Part shown: positions 1 to 11,006 of the stretch, in pieces
Layout of the letters: every line of letters begins with the position of its first letter
Position numbering within the stretch: the stretch's first letter is position 1
Notes under the pieces: generated by a model
What the model was told of the DNA's origin: nothing
The model's input: only the letters and a program-made list of their open reading frames with translations
Database searches by the model: none
Assembly (NCBI RefSeq): GCF_001194135.2
Contig: NC_068983.1
Span: 127,433,499-127,497,498, forward strand
From: Octopus bimaculoides
Taxonomy: Eukaryota
Length of the DNA stretch: 64,000 nt
Direction: 5' to 3'
Position numbers and translations under genes: made by a program

Positions 1-46
1 CCACGTGTGTTTTTGTGTGCGCGTGCATGTCTGTGTGTGTTTCTGT

Positions 47-83
<37 letters not shown>
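1..83. repeat. Imperfect (TG)n microsatellite
   Basis: GT dinucleotide run, near-perfect from ~52 to 83. Confidence 0.9.
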
Positions 84-85
<2 letters not shown>

Positions 86-179
86 CAGAGAATGAGAGCG
101 TGATTTATATACATACATATTTAGTTATGTTGCAGTACGTACGCACGTAAATACAGATATGTGTATATATATGAGAACC

Positions 180-1510
180 GGCATTGAATATGAAAGGGCT
201 CTAGCGAAGCAGAGGGTAATCAAAAGTTCAAACAGAATCCGAAAGTGTTCCATTCATTTTCCCATAACCATAGCACCGTTGTTACACCGGATGATCTACT
301 GATTGGTGATAACAGCAGTCTCTAGCATGCTTGCAGGAGTACTGCAGAAGCAATACTGCTTTGTCTTTAGTGAACCCACTGATATTGGCGCGAGGGAGGT
401 GAACGAGGTCGATCCTCAACATACAATGACGGGCATAAGCTTTACTGCTTGAGATATCATAGCAGTATTAAATGAATTCAAATACTATTCTCTTGTAAGC
501 CCTGATAGACTCGCCCGCTAGTCTCCTGAAGGAAAGTAGACACAAACTTGCAGTCCTTCCAGACAGCCCCTGGAGTAATTCTTTAGACTCTGGTTATATA
601 CAAAAACAGCTCATATCCCACTTAGTCATCCTGGTCTTGAACCTGCTTCAGTTTACAGTTTATGAAAAATACCTTTCCAGGATTATAAAATAGATCAAAG
701 TGAAAATATGCACTGATGAGTACAAGGTCCAGAAAATTATCAATGGAGAGGAGTGAACTCCTGGCAAAAACATGCAATAAAATGAGGTAAAATTTGAACT
801 GATGCATTTTGGAAGAAAGACTATGCTAAAACACACCCTCTTCCTTCAGGGGAACTGTCTCATAATATCAGAGACCTAGAAGTAGTTGTTCACAAAAGTT
901 CCAGCTGGAGTGCCTACATCAACAACGAGGTCGATATAGTTAGCAGGATGAGCTCCAGGATCCTAAGACCTACCCTGCTCTGAGAACAAGGTGTCATCAT
1001 TCCTCTATCCTCGTCTTTTGAACGGCCACATCTCGAATACTGCTGTACCCCGAGGTACCTCCATACAAAACAGAACATTTCGAAAATTGACTCACCCCAC
1101 ATTACATTCACTAAAAGATTTAAGAGAAAGACTGATCTCCAGTTTTGATACAACCTTAACACATTGAATCTCTATCCCCACCCCCCATCACCGCCGTGAG
1201 CGATACCTCATTTGCACAACGTGGTAAATGTACCACGAGCATTGCACAAATGACTTTTTCATTAGTTTCAGAAATCATTCAAAGCTGGGACCACTAGCCA
1301 GACGCCACTACACAAATACACTGCAGCAGTTTCTTTTCCTCAACAGGCCCTGTCCTATTTAAAATTGTCCCGAAAGAGATCCTTTAAATGGAATATGGAC
1401 AAATTCCTTCAAGGAATACCAGATAATCCGGATATACCTAGATTCAACTCACCGAACAAGAACTCCATATTCGAATGGGCAATGATAACATTGAAAAGAA
1501 CTAAGTTAAA
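180..1510 (+). mobile_element. Degenerate, internally deleted CR1/L2-like non-LTR retrotransposon ORF2 (reverse transcriptase) relic
   Basis: Motifs occur in canonical order across frameshifts and stops: FKQNPKVF (~227), MLAGVLQKQYCFVFSEP (~328), LLKESRHKLA (~520), decayed YADD (CTDE, ~709), KFELMHFG (~790), RDL-VVV (~870), RPHLEYCC (1023), FKWNMDKFLQGIPDNP (1383). Confidence 0.85.
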
Positions 1511-1635
1511 TATATCAAAAGGTGCTGTTATGTTGCTCGTGGCCTGGAACAAAGTTTGGTCGAAATATATGTAAGTTACACACACAAAAGAACACAAAAC
1601 ACACACGCACACACACACACGTACGCAGGCACACA

Positions 1636-1790
1636 CGCACTCATCCTTTTTCGGGTCCAGCCTCACTGAGTGTCACCTTTAACAGGTGTCTTCTACTCTG
1701 GCCTCGAGATTACCAAAGCCGTGTCCGTTGATATATTGACGGAAACTGAATGAGACCTGTCGCATTCATCTATCTATCTCCCTCTCTCTG
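1636..1790 (+). mobile_element. Diverged SINE (family B) body, copy 1 of a local duplication
   Basis: Contains gtgtcttctact...accaaagcc...gacggaaactgaa, shared with SINE copies at 25647, 42845 and 52550; nearly identical to 3054-3210. Confidence 0.75.
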
Positions 1791-1916
1791 TCTCTCTCCC
1801 TCCCTCTCTCTCTCTCCAACTCTCTCTGCCCCTCTCTCTCTCTCTGTCTCTCTGTCTCTCTCTCGACCAATCTCACACACACGCATGTATATAAATGTTT
1901 ATACAGGTGCAGTGTA

Positions 1917-2025
1917 GCCCGCAGCTATATTAGAAGACAGTTGGCCAAGGTGCCACGCAGTGAGAATGGACCCGAACCATGTGGTTGGTAAGCAAGCTAC
2001 TTACCACACAGCCACTCGTGCGCCC
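1917..2025 (-). mobile_element. tRNA-derived SINE (family B) 5' head
   Basis: Reverse complement reads gtggctgtgtggtaagtagcttgcttaccaaccacatggttcgggtcc...cactgcgtggcaccttggcc (A/B-box-like); same family as 25647 and 42845. Confidence 0.8.
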
Positions 2026-2050
2026 ATATATATATATATATATATATATA

Positions 2051-2845
2051 NNNNNNNNNNNNNNNNNNNNNNNNNNNNNNNNNNNNNNNNNNNNNNNNNN
2101 NNNNNNNNNNNNNNNNNNNNNNNNNNNNNNNNNNNNNNNNNNNNNNNNNNNNNNNNNNNNNNNNNNNNNNNNNNNNNNNNNNNNNNNNNNNNNNNNNNNN
2201 NNNNNNNNNNNNNNNNNNNNNNNNNNNNNNNNNNNNNNNNNNNNNNNNNNNNNNNNNNNNNNNNNNNNNNNNNNNNNNNNNNNNNNNNNNNNNNNNNNNN
2301 NNNNNNNNNNNNNNNNNNNNNNNNNNNNNNNNNNNNNNNNNNNNNNNNNNNNNNNNNNNNNNNNNNNNNNNNNNNNNNNNNNNNNNNNNNNNNNNNNNNN
2401 NNNNNNNNNNNNNNNNNNNNNNNNNNNNNNNNNNNNNNNNNNNNNNNNNNNNNNNNNNNNNNNNNNNNNNNNNNNNNNNNNNNNNNNNNNNNNNNNNNNN
2501 NNNNNNNNNNNNNNNNNNNNNNNNNNNNNNNNNNNNNNNNNNNNNNNNNNNNNNNNNNNNNNNNNNNNNNNNNNNNNNNNNNNNNNNNNNNNNNNNNNNN
2601 NNNNNNNNNNNNNNNNNNNNNNNNNNNNNNNNNNNNNNNNNNNNNNNNNNNNNNNNNNNNNNNNNNNNNNNNNNNNNNNNNNNNNNNNNNNNNNNNNNNN
2701 NNNNNNNNNNNNNNNNNNNNNNNNNNNNNNNNNNNNNNNNNNNNNNNNNNNNNNNNNNNNNNNNNNNNNNNNNNNNNNNNNNNNNNNNNNNNNNNNNNNN
2801 NNNNNNNNNNNNNNNNNNNNNNNNNNNNNNNNNNNNNNNNNNNNT
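2051..2845. other. Assembly gap (largest of 15 N-runs)
   Basis: Other gaps: 3500-3534, 11007-11302, 18413-18630, 21548-22182, 26644-26669, 29317-29992, 36359-36515, 41502-41730, 44906-44933, 50151-50213, 57235-57394, 57863-57872, 60677-61335, 62171-62362. Confidence 0.98.
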
Positions 2846-3053
2846 ATATATATATATATGGTGGTTGTCTACTCCTTACACAGAGTTTGACCACCTCCTG
2901 CACCTACACCTCAGCCCGTTCATGGCGTCTGATGTGGCTTTTTAAACCAGACAGTGTTTTGAAAAGACACCCACACAAATTACACATCTGCTTTGCACTA
3001 CCAATACCTGCAAGTAAGTTCTGCTCACTGTGGATCACGCACGCACGCTTAAA

Positions 3054-3210
3054 CGCACTCATCCTTTTTCTGGTCCAGCCTCACTGAGTGTCACCTTTAA
3101 CAGGTGTCTTCTACTATGACCTCGAGATTACCAAAGCCGTGTCCGTTGATATGTTAACGGAAACTGAATGAGACTTGTCGCATTCATCTGTCTCTCTCCC
3201 TCTCTCTCAG
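3054..3210 (+). mobile_element. Diverged SINE (family B) body, copy 2 of a local duplication
   Basis: Aligns almost base for base with 1636-1790 (gcactcatccttttt...gtccagcctcactgagtgtcacctttaacaggtgtcttctact...). Confidence 0.8.
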
Positions 3211-3465
3211 ATTAATTGTTTGAGTATACTTGTTAAATTGGAGTAGATGGAACAAGGACAACTGATGAATAGAAATATTCTTTATGTTGCATGTCCTGTC
3301 TCTCTGTTTTTTTCGTTCCTAAAAAGTTCGTTATCTGTTTTCGTTTCTCATTGTGTTTAACGTTTTTTGTGATATCCTGAACCCATATATGCATGTATAT
3401 ATACATATAGATGTAGGTACGTACATATATGTATGGATATATGCATATATTTATATATTATTTAT

Positions 3466-3499
<34 letters not shown>

Positions 3500-3534
3500 N
3501 NNNNNNNNNNNNNNNNNNNNNNNNNNNNNNNNNN

Positions 3535-3579
<45 letters not shown>

Positions 3580-4512
3580 CATACCCATGAATTGGCTTGT
3601 CGTTTTTATTTTACTTCCCAGCGATATATCTGTGCCAGTTTATGATTCACAAACCACACGCTTACACATTCTTGCACAGACGCATATCAACATACACAGT
3701 AACTATCTGTACGAATCTCTCACCTCCTATTCTTTCTCTCTCATCTTTGACATTCATTTTCAACGTAATACCCATTCGTCGGCCAAATTTGTTTCACGCG
3801 TAAACTGCACTGAATCACATTTATATGCTTTTTTTTATTAAATCATATTATGCTATAGAATTTTATATTTTATATGTATTATGTTATATTACGTTCTGTA
3901 GCGTTGATAAACTCCATATTTTTTTTCCGAAATCATTTTTTACTGTTTCACACATTATAACCATTTACCGTCTTTATCGTAACGTTTGCTCTGCTTCCCT
4001 TTCACTTTATCATTCATTTCTCTTCTCTCTACCTACGTCTCTCTGACTCTTTCCCTCTCTCTCTCTCTCCCTCTCTCTCTCTCCCTCTCTCTCTCTCTCT
4101 CTTTCTCTTTCTCTCCCTCTGTATCATTCTATGTCTCATTATTCGTCTTCCTTTTACTAATACATTGTTGTCCTTTTCCCGCCACTCTCTTTCTTCGGAA
4201 CACCAATTTAACAAGTATACTCAAACAATTAATCAATCGCAAGCGAGGTGCTCTGATGCTATTTTTTAGCTATTACTACCGAGCCAAAAGATTGGATTTA
4301 TCGATTTTATGCCTCTTAGTCCTCGCTGACACTCTGCATATCGCTCTTGTTGCTCGGGTGTCACTATTACTGGTATTATATATTTTTTGTTCTATTTTCT
4401 ATGATTCTTTTTTTAGTCTCAACCTATTTCCTAAAATGAAACGTTTTTACTTTGGTGACTATGAATTGATAAATAAAGTAAAATTGTTTCTAAACCAATG
4501 AAAATGCAAATA

Positions 4513-4585
<73 letters not shown>

Positions 4586-4687
4586 CCTGCTGCTGCTATT
4601 ACTACTACAACAACAAATAATAACAACAACAATAACAACAACAACAATAACAACAACAACAACAATAACAACGACAAGAATAATAAT
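4513..4687. repeat. Compound trinucleotide microsatellite (TAC)n-(TGC)n-(AAC/AAT)n
   Basis: Directly visible; explains poly-V/L/S ORFs 4459-4677 and 4490-4696. Confidence 0.95.
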
Positions 4688-4691
4688 TGTT

Positions 4692-5494
4692 GTCAAAGCC
4701 CTTACACTTCAATGGTTAACGGCAAACTGCTTAAAATCAGAAACAGAAGGATTTACCATAGCAGCCTAAGATCAATACCTTCCTAAAAGAAGCTACCGGG
4801 CCAACATATTAAAGAACGGCAGCTGCACATATCGTGTATGTCAACAACAAATTCAAACCATCGATCATATTATCTCCATGTGCAGTCTGATTGCGCCTAC
4901 AGAGTATCCCAACAGGCATGATTGAGCTGCACAATAGAGTCACTGGGTAATTTGCAAAAGCTTTGACCTGCCCCATGATAAAAACTGGTTGGAACACAAA
5001 CCACATCCAGTGCCTTAAAATGATAACATCTCAATCCTGTGGCACTTCACTATTCAAACTGACAGAAAGACAGATGCAAAAAGGCCAGATATTACATTGA
5101 AAGACATCAGACAATCGATATAAATGTATCTCTCAAGACCTACCAAAAACTGAGCAAAACAGAAATAGGCAAAATGTTAAACCTGAACACTAAAACAATC
5201 CCTGTTGTCATAGGTGCCCTGGGAATGATAGCAAAAGGGGCTGATTGCCACCTAGCTCAGATACCAAAATTGCAGATATTTAGAAGATAGAGCTCTTGGG
5301 AACTGCACATATCTTACGTAACCTCAAACTTTAAAACAAATTCATATGTTTTCTTAAAGATTCTCTAGCACAATACTAGGTACGAGACCAAATATCTGAC
5401 ACCCTTGGCAGAATACCAGCATGAACTACTAACTTGTTGTCTGTCGTGGTCAGAATTGGAGCCAAATTGTACAAACACAAAGCAAAGGTCAAAC
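4692..5494 (+). mobile_element. 5'-truncated R4/Dong-clade non-LTR retrotransposon (Zn knuckle + restriction-like endonuclease + 3'UTR), inactivated
   Basis: One frame from 4692 reads LKSETEGFTIAA*DQ...YRVCQQQIQTIDHIISMC...NRHD...ILWHFTIQTD...KRPDI. After a deletion/frameshift it continues with TIPVVIGALG and LGTAHILR. The 3'UTR runs into (AAT)n. Confidence 0.85.
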
Positions 5495-5514
5495 ATAATA
5501 ATAATAATAATAAT

Positions 5515-5554
<40 letters not shown>

Positions 5555-5710
5555 TACAGAAAATTGCATTCCTGGGCACTGCATACATCCTACGCAAAAC
5601 ACTTTCAATACAGTAACCATAAGAGTATCGCAGCAAACCACAGCACATACCCAAGGTACACAGTGCTGCGCTCGGTAGTGAAGTGAAAGCACGTTATAAA
5701 AATAAAAATA

Positions 5711-5791
<81 letters not shown>
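5495..5791. repeat. Two (AAT)n arrays (5495-5552 and 5714-5791) flanking a short retroelement 3' end
   Basis: Directly visible. Confidence 0.95.
5553..5713 (+). mobile_element. Extreme 3' fragment of a second R4/Dong-like family
   Basis: IQKIAFLGTAYILRKTLSIQ* is homologous to the LGTAHILR end at ~5300, but its 3'UTR is different; embedded between two (AAT)n runs. Confidence 0.8.
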
Positions 5792-6007
5792 TAGCCGAAC
5801 AGGCAGAGTCCGTAGCACACCATCCAAAATGCTTAGCAGTGTTTTTTCTGCCCTTACCTTCGGAGTTTAAACTCCGCCGACGTTGACTTTGGTTTTCGTT
5901 CCTTCAGGGTCAATAAAATAAGCACCAGTTGTACACTAGAGACGATGTAGTCGACTCACACCTCTCTCCACAAAATTGCGAGGCGTGTGCCCAAATTAGA
6001 AAGAACC
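5792..6007 (+). mobile_element. SINE (family A), diverged
   Basis: Colinear with 56132-56340 (aaatgcttagc...gtttaaactccgccgacgttgactttg...taaaataagcaccagttg...gatgtagtcgact...gtgccc). Confidence 0.8.
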
Positions 6008-6170
6008 TTCATCATCATCGTCGTCGTCGTCGTCGTCACCACCACCACCATCATCATCATTATCATCACCGTCATCATCATCATCATCATCATGATCGTC
6101 ATCGTCATCATCATTTCATCACCATCGTCATCTTCATCGTCATCGTCATCGTCTTCATCATCATCACCTG
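6008..6170. repeat. (CAT)/(CGT)/(CAC)n compound microsatellite
   Basis: Directly visible; explains poly-H/I/S/D ORFs 5929-6246, 5956-6189 and 5987-6451. Confidence 0.95.
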
Positions 6171-6309
6171 TCTGGTTCTTTGCGTTCATTATTGTCTTTC
6201 ATTCTACATCAACAGCAACGCAAACAGCGAAATCAATGACAATTGATATAACCGAACAACAGAGAAGAGAGCAACCGACAATAAAATTCAACACTGCGTC
6301 TATATTGGC

Positions 6310-6820
6310 TTACCGTACAAGTGGGAAATGGCGGAAAAAGTATTTCACAAACAACGTCAGGAGATCCAGTCTCCCCGTGAGAATCAATACACGGGACTGC
6401 ATAGCCAAACACTACCACACACAAACAAACAACACACTAGACACACACTAACTAAACCAATAAGCAATCTGAACAGCCGTGCCAATGTTGAGCAGCCTGC
6501 CATGTTTGAAATTCAACATGGTCTAACTGGTAACGTGCTCCTGTAGGGTGGCATATATAGTATCGTCCATGAGACGCCGTCACCATTCGGAGGAGGAGCA
6601 TCTGTTCATGGTTACGCCGCACAGCGCCGAGTTCCAACACAACCAACAACATTCTGATGGGAATTTCTCCACCTTTTTACAAGCAAGAAAGAAGGATGCA
6701 ATTTGTCTAAGAATTACAGAGGTACAGTTTATTAGTATCCACGTAACAAGCTTGAATCGCCGCCAGGTTCATGCGTAGAAACAGTCTAATTTTTCCAGGA
6801 TCTTTGACCTAAAACAATTT
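6310..6820 (+). mobile_element. Possible highly decayed RTE-like LINE ORF2 fragment
   Basis: Short motifs only: KWRKKYF (~6325; cf. RWxEYF), SKKEGCNLSKNYRG (~6685-6725; cf. KKGD...NYRG), KQSNFSR (~6780; cf. EQxGFR). Confidence 0.3.
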
Positions 6821-7742
6821 TTCGGTCACATAGTGTTTTTCTGTTCGCAGCCGAACATCTTACATCTCTCTACGTCGTCGCTCCCATACAGTTTTCTTAG
6901 GTTCAGAAATGCATGTTCAACCTGAAGTGTATAGCCGGTTGAGGTAATCCAATGGTATTACACATACATTTTAACCAACGAAAATTGCCTAGGATGTAAC
7001 GAATGACTGAGTGAAGAGTTATCTTATGGAAAGAAGAAATATTAGAAAGTTGCTAAATCTTCCTCTCTAGAGAATACATACGTTTTACGATATCCGACGT
7101 AGCAAAATCTCACTATTATAATTTCTTCTACGATCTTAAACGTCCACGAATGTATAGGGTTTCATACACATTAGAAGCTCATTCATAAAAAAAAATGTGT
7201 TGATGTATATAACTTACGCAACGTAATGCTGTCTCAAGCAGAACTAATGATAATAAATCTCTCAGTGTGAGAAATATTTTTTTGCGTTTAAATATTTCAT
7301 TAAATATTTCTAAATTTTCAGCTGTTTTTTTTTTCTCATATATTACACTTCCCTGAAAATTACTCAGCTTTTATGTCTTTGCTTGAAATAGCTGGAAAAG
7401 AATATGTGTTTCAAATAATTTTTTAGCTGCTTCTTGAATTAGATTTCACTATTGCCGCTGCAACGTTCTCGGTGTCGTATCCGTGTGAAAATAGGTCTTA
7501 ACTAAAGATTTTACTTTAAGAATTTATCAATTTAGAGACAATGTACTAAAATGAATAAAGTAACATTTGATTTTGTGTATGTGTCAAAACATTAAAGCGA
7601 TAAAGTCGATAACAAATATTGCCATTCGGGACAATATTAGACACAAATTTCAGTTTCGGCCCAACTTATGTATCTCCTCTGAAAATTATAGGAGATAATA
7701 TTAATCGTTACATATTGCTAGCAATATACTGAATACGAGAGA

Positions 7743-8591
7743 TACGTCATTTGGTCAATAAGTATTCGGACTGTTGCCATAGTAATGTAGCTAAAGCACA
7801 CAGAATGAAGCTACTTGGTATAGATTGACCACGAAATCTACGCTACAAGCGCACCAACTTTCAACGTTTTAGCTCACTTTGGCTGTTTACAGCAGTGTTT
7901 GGAACGAAGGTGTGTAGCGTGTGATGGTCGCAGTCACCATGACAAAGAAAGTTATCATGGCGAAACCTGCTCAGCGGCCAGTATGTGCCTCACACAATTG
8001 TACAAGCGGTTTAGACGTCTCCGAGATAGCCGAAAAATGTCGATATTGACGAAGGTCTTGGGAGACTTGCAACCGGGCAGGACTGCGAAAAGCATCGCAG
8101 ATGTGCGTGCAGCTGTGAGGGAAAATCACCGAATCACCATCCGTGAGTTATCGAAGGTTATGCAGATTATTTACCGTTCAGTTCAGTCCATTATTCCTCA
8201 CGATTTGTGTATGAGACGAGTATCTGCCAAGTTTGTGACAGAGCTGTTTCAACTGACCGACAAGACACTGGAGTTTCAGTTGCACAACATCATGATTGTA
8301 CCGAGAACAATGAAAACTTTTTGAAAACTTTGCGTAGGACTCTGAGCAGGTGACACCAAGCTTTTGACAAAATTTGATGCAGGTTGTCTGCTCAAATGTA
8401 TCTTTGTCAATGCAAGGATCACACGCTAATCAGCTTTTCCCAAGCACTGCTGTTAACACCAGAAGTGAGCTAGAACATTGAAACTTAGTGTGCAAGCACA
8501 GCTGAGTTCAAGATCAATCTTCGCCATACTCTGCATGCTTTACCTTTGTTACTATGGCAACAATACTGATACTTATTTATCAGACCACGTA
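7743..8591 (+). mobile_element. Internally deleted Tc1/mariner element with both TIRs
   Basis: Left TIR tacgtcatttggtcaataagtattcggactgttgccatagtaa (7743-7785) and right TIR ttactatggcaacaatactgatacttatttatcagaccacgta (8549-8591), each with a TA end. ORF 7899-8324 has the mariner HTH-linker VRENHRITIRELS...CMRRVSAKFV; no catalytic DD(D) region. Confidence 0.9.
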
Positions 8592-9051
8592 TAGTCCGAA
8601 AACATCTTATTTCCACAACCTTCTCCAAGAAAAAATGTAAAAAAGGCTTCCAGCTCCCGCTTACAGTTTAATATAAATTGCCATTAATTGATATGTATCG
8701 CCATTGCAAAGATTAGGAGAGTCAAGATTATTACAAATACAGTCATTCCCAGACGTAATGCAGTATGGAGACTCTTACGTGGAATCAAACTAAAAACACG
8801 ATGTTGATTAGATGTTGTTTATAAAATATTGATTAACATCTGCAAACGTACAGAATATATCAAGTAATTATTCATCAAAATTGCATAGTTTTCCCACTAT
8901 GCAATTGTTGTATTAACATCAGAACATATGAGATGATAATACTTTCGTTAATAGAAGACAATTCAGATTGTATATTTAGTGCGGCCTTCAATATATGAAG
9001 GACGTTATAAAGCTTATACGTCAAGACAACCACGAATTAAAGTATTTTACT

Positions 9052-9057
<6 letters not shown>

Positions 9058-9123
<66 letters not shown>
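9058..9123. repeat. (TAA)n microsatellite
   Basis: Directly visible. Confidence 0.95.
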
Positions 9124-9124
<1 letters not shown>

Positions 9125-10950
9125 GGTTCCTTCATTGTTGTATATTTTACATTTGTTCATTCAACGTATGTTGAACCGTGAATTACACCAATGAACAGAC
9201 GAGACTATTTCAACTGCTATTTTATTTTTTTAAAATTGACAACTACCTTCTTTATATGCTGGAAAATATATAAAAAAACTTACTTCACTTGTTCGACAGA
9301 ATATCTGCGACAATTTGAGTTTAGTAACAGAACATCATTTACATTCAGGTTTGAATAAGATAAAACTTTTTTATAAAAATTCTTTGGAAATTAGAGAAAT
9401 TTCCTGTGACTTGCAAGAACATTAATTGTATCAATTATTTTCATGGCCAATCTTCTTATCTATTCAAATATAATCAATTAAAAATAGAAGAGTACTCGTG
9501 AAGGAGAGAGGAACATTGGACGTAACAAATACTAAAAATTGTCAAAAGGAATCAACACAAAATACAAATGGCATCAACTGTTACAGATAGGTTATATTCT
9601 ATGATGTAAATGGTTGCAACACGGTCTCTTAAGAGTGTTTCTGTTAATGAAAGATGTTCATAGATGGAATGAAACTTCCGTATAAAACAAGTATCAGCCT
9701 CATTGATTATTTTCATTTACGTAAGACAGTTCAAATTTGAGTGTGTATGATGTGTATGCGAGATACATGAGTTGTGCAAGCGCGCACGTGTGTGTGAATA
9801 TATGCTGCAGAGTATGTAAATAAGAGACGGAAATAATAGAATATTCATGTAAATTCCTGATACTAGTTTTTGACTTCAAACATTACAGTGAAAACAACCA
9901 GCTCGATGATTAGAAGCTGTGAAACGAAAACACATCTCTGTGAAACTTTTTCTCCAGTTTAGTACACCAAGAAGTACATCATGATACACCGCTCCTTAAT
10001 TATGTCTTTTTATCTCAGTAAAAGTGTGATCACTAGCAGAGATTAGCTACTATATTCCTGGAGGTAATTCGTACAAACCAGTAGTGACCAAGTAGATAGC
10101 GTGATATACTAGTCGTATAGCTATTTGGAGTGGAGAAAGTTTCAATGTAACATAAATAATAGGAAATATTCTGAATTATATATGTTATTTTTTGTTTCAG
10201 TTAATAGATGCCAATAGATAACATGTATAATGTGAATAAATATGTAAAACATTTCAAACGATTGATTAAATGTAGCAATTTTAAGAAGTTTTGGAAACGA
10301 AATCGCTTTACTTTTTTCAGTTTGCATTCAATTTCAATATATTCAAAAGTAGGAATAAACGAAAAAGATACTGGAATTTAATAACACTAAAAATGTAAAA
10401 ACAACAAAATTTTATCATAGATTTAAATATATAAATTCCGGTGCAGGTGAAAAAAGGTGTTTTCCGATGATAAATCGATGTGGTATGAATTAATAATGAA
10501 GGGAATATGATTAATGACATACTGATGTTTCCTAATAAATGGAAGATGTAGTTTCAACACATATGCAATTGTTGATATTGAGAAAATTATATGCGACGGA
10601 AAGTTTCTGTTCCTTCATAAATTTAGTAATACGTGACAGAATGGAACATGAATGATCCATCGAGAAGGAAACTAAGCCGCTGATTATTCTGCTAAAATTT
10701 TGGTGGGTGAGTCACTGAAATCTCTAGTATAATTAGAGCTTCTATTCAACAATTAGTATATTATCCATTACTTAATAATAGTGTACTTATTTACCGAATA
10801 TCGTGTAGCAGACGCAGATACAATCATATATGTGTGTATATATGAATGTGTGTGTGCATGTGTGTGTATATAAATAAATACCTACATGTACACACACTCT
10901 CTCTTTCTCTCTGTCTCTCTCACACATACAGGCACAGACAATAGGTATAC

Positions 10951-11006
<56 letters not shown>

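Noticed and set aside
1960-3087. Longest ORFs in the track (also 21370-22259, 29129-30070, 60587-61550 and others)
   Set aside because: Made of X runs from N-gaps flanked by (TA)n-derived YIYI; artefacts.
5929-6451. Poly-H/I/S/D ORFs that look like low-complexity proteins
   Set aside because: Translations of (CAT)n/(CGT)n and a SINE tail; the same applies to VCVC/HTHT/IIII ORFs elsewhere.
6452-6652. QTWQAAQHW resembling a C-type lectin start
   Set aside because: The required cysteines and the rest of the domain are absent; the opposite strand has LINE-like words.
9058-9123. Third (TAA)n as another R4/Dong insertion site
   Set aside because: The upstream sequence does not match either 3'UTR seen at 5330-5713.
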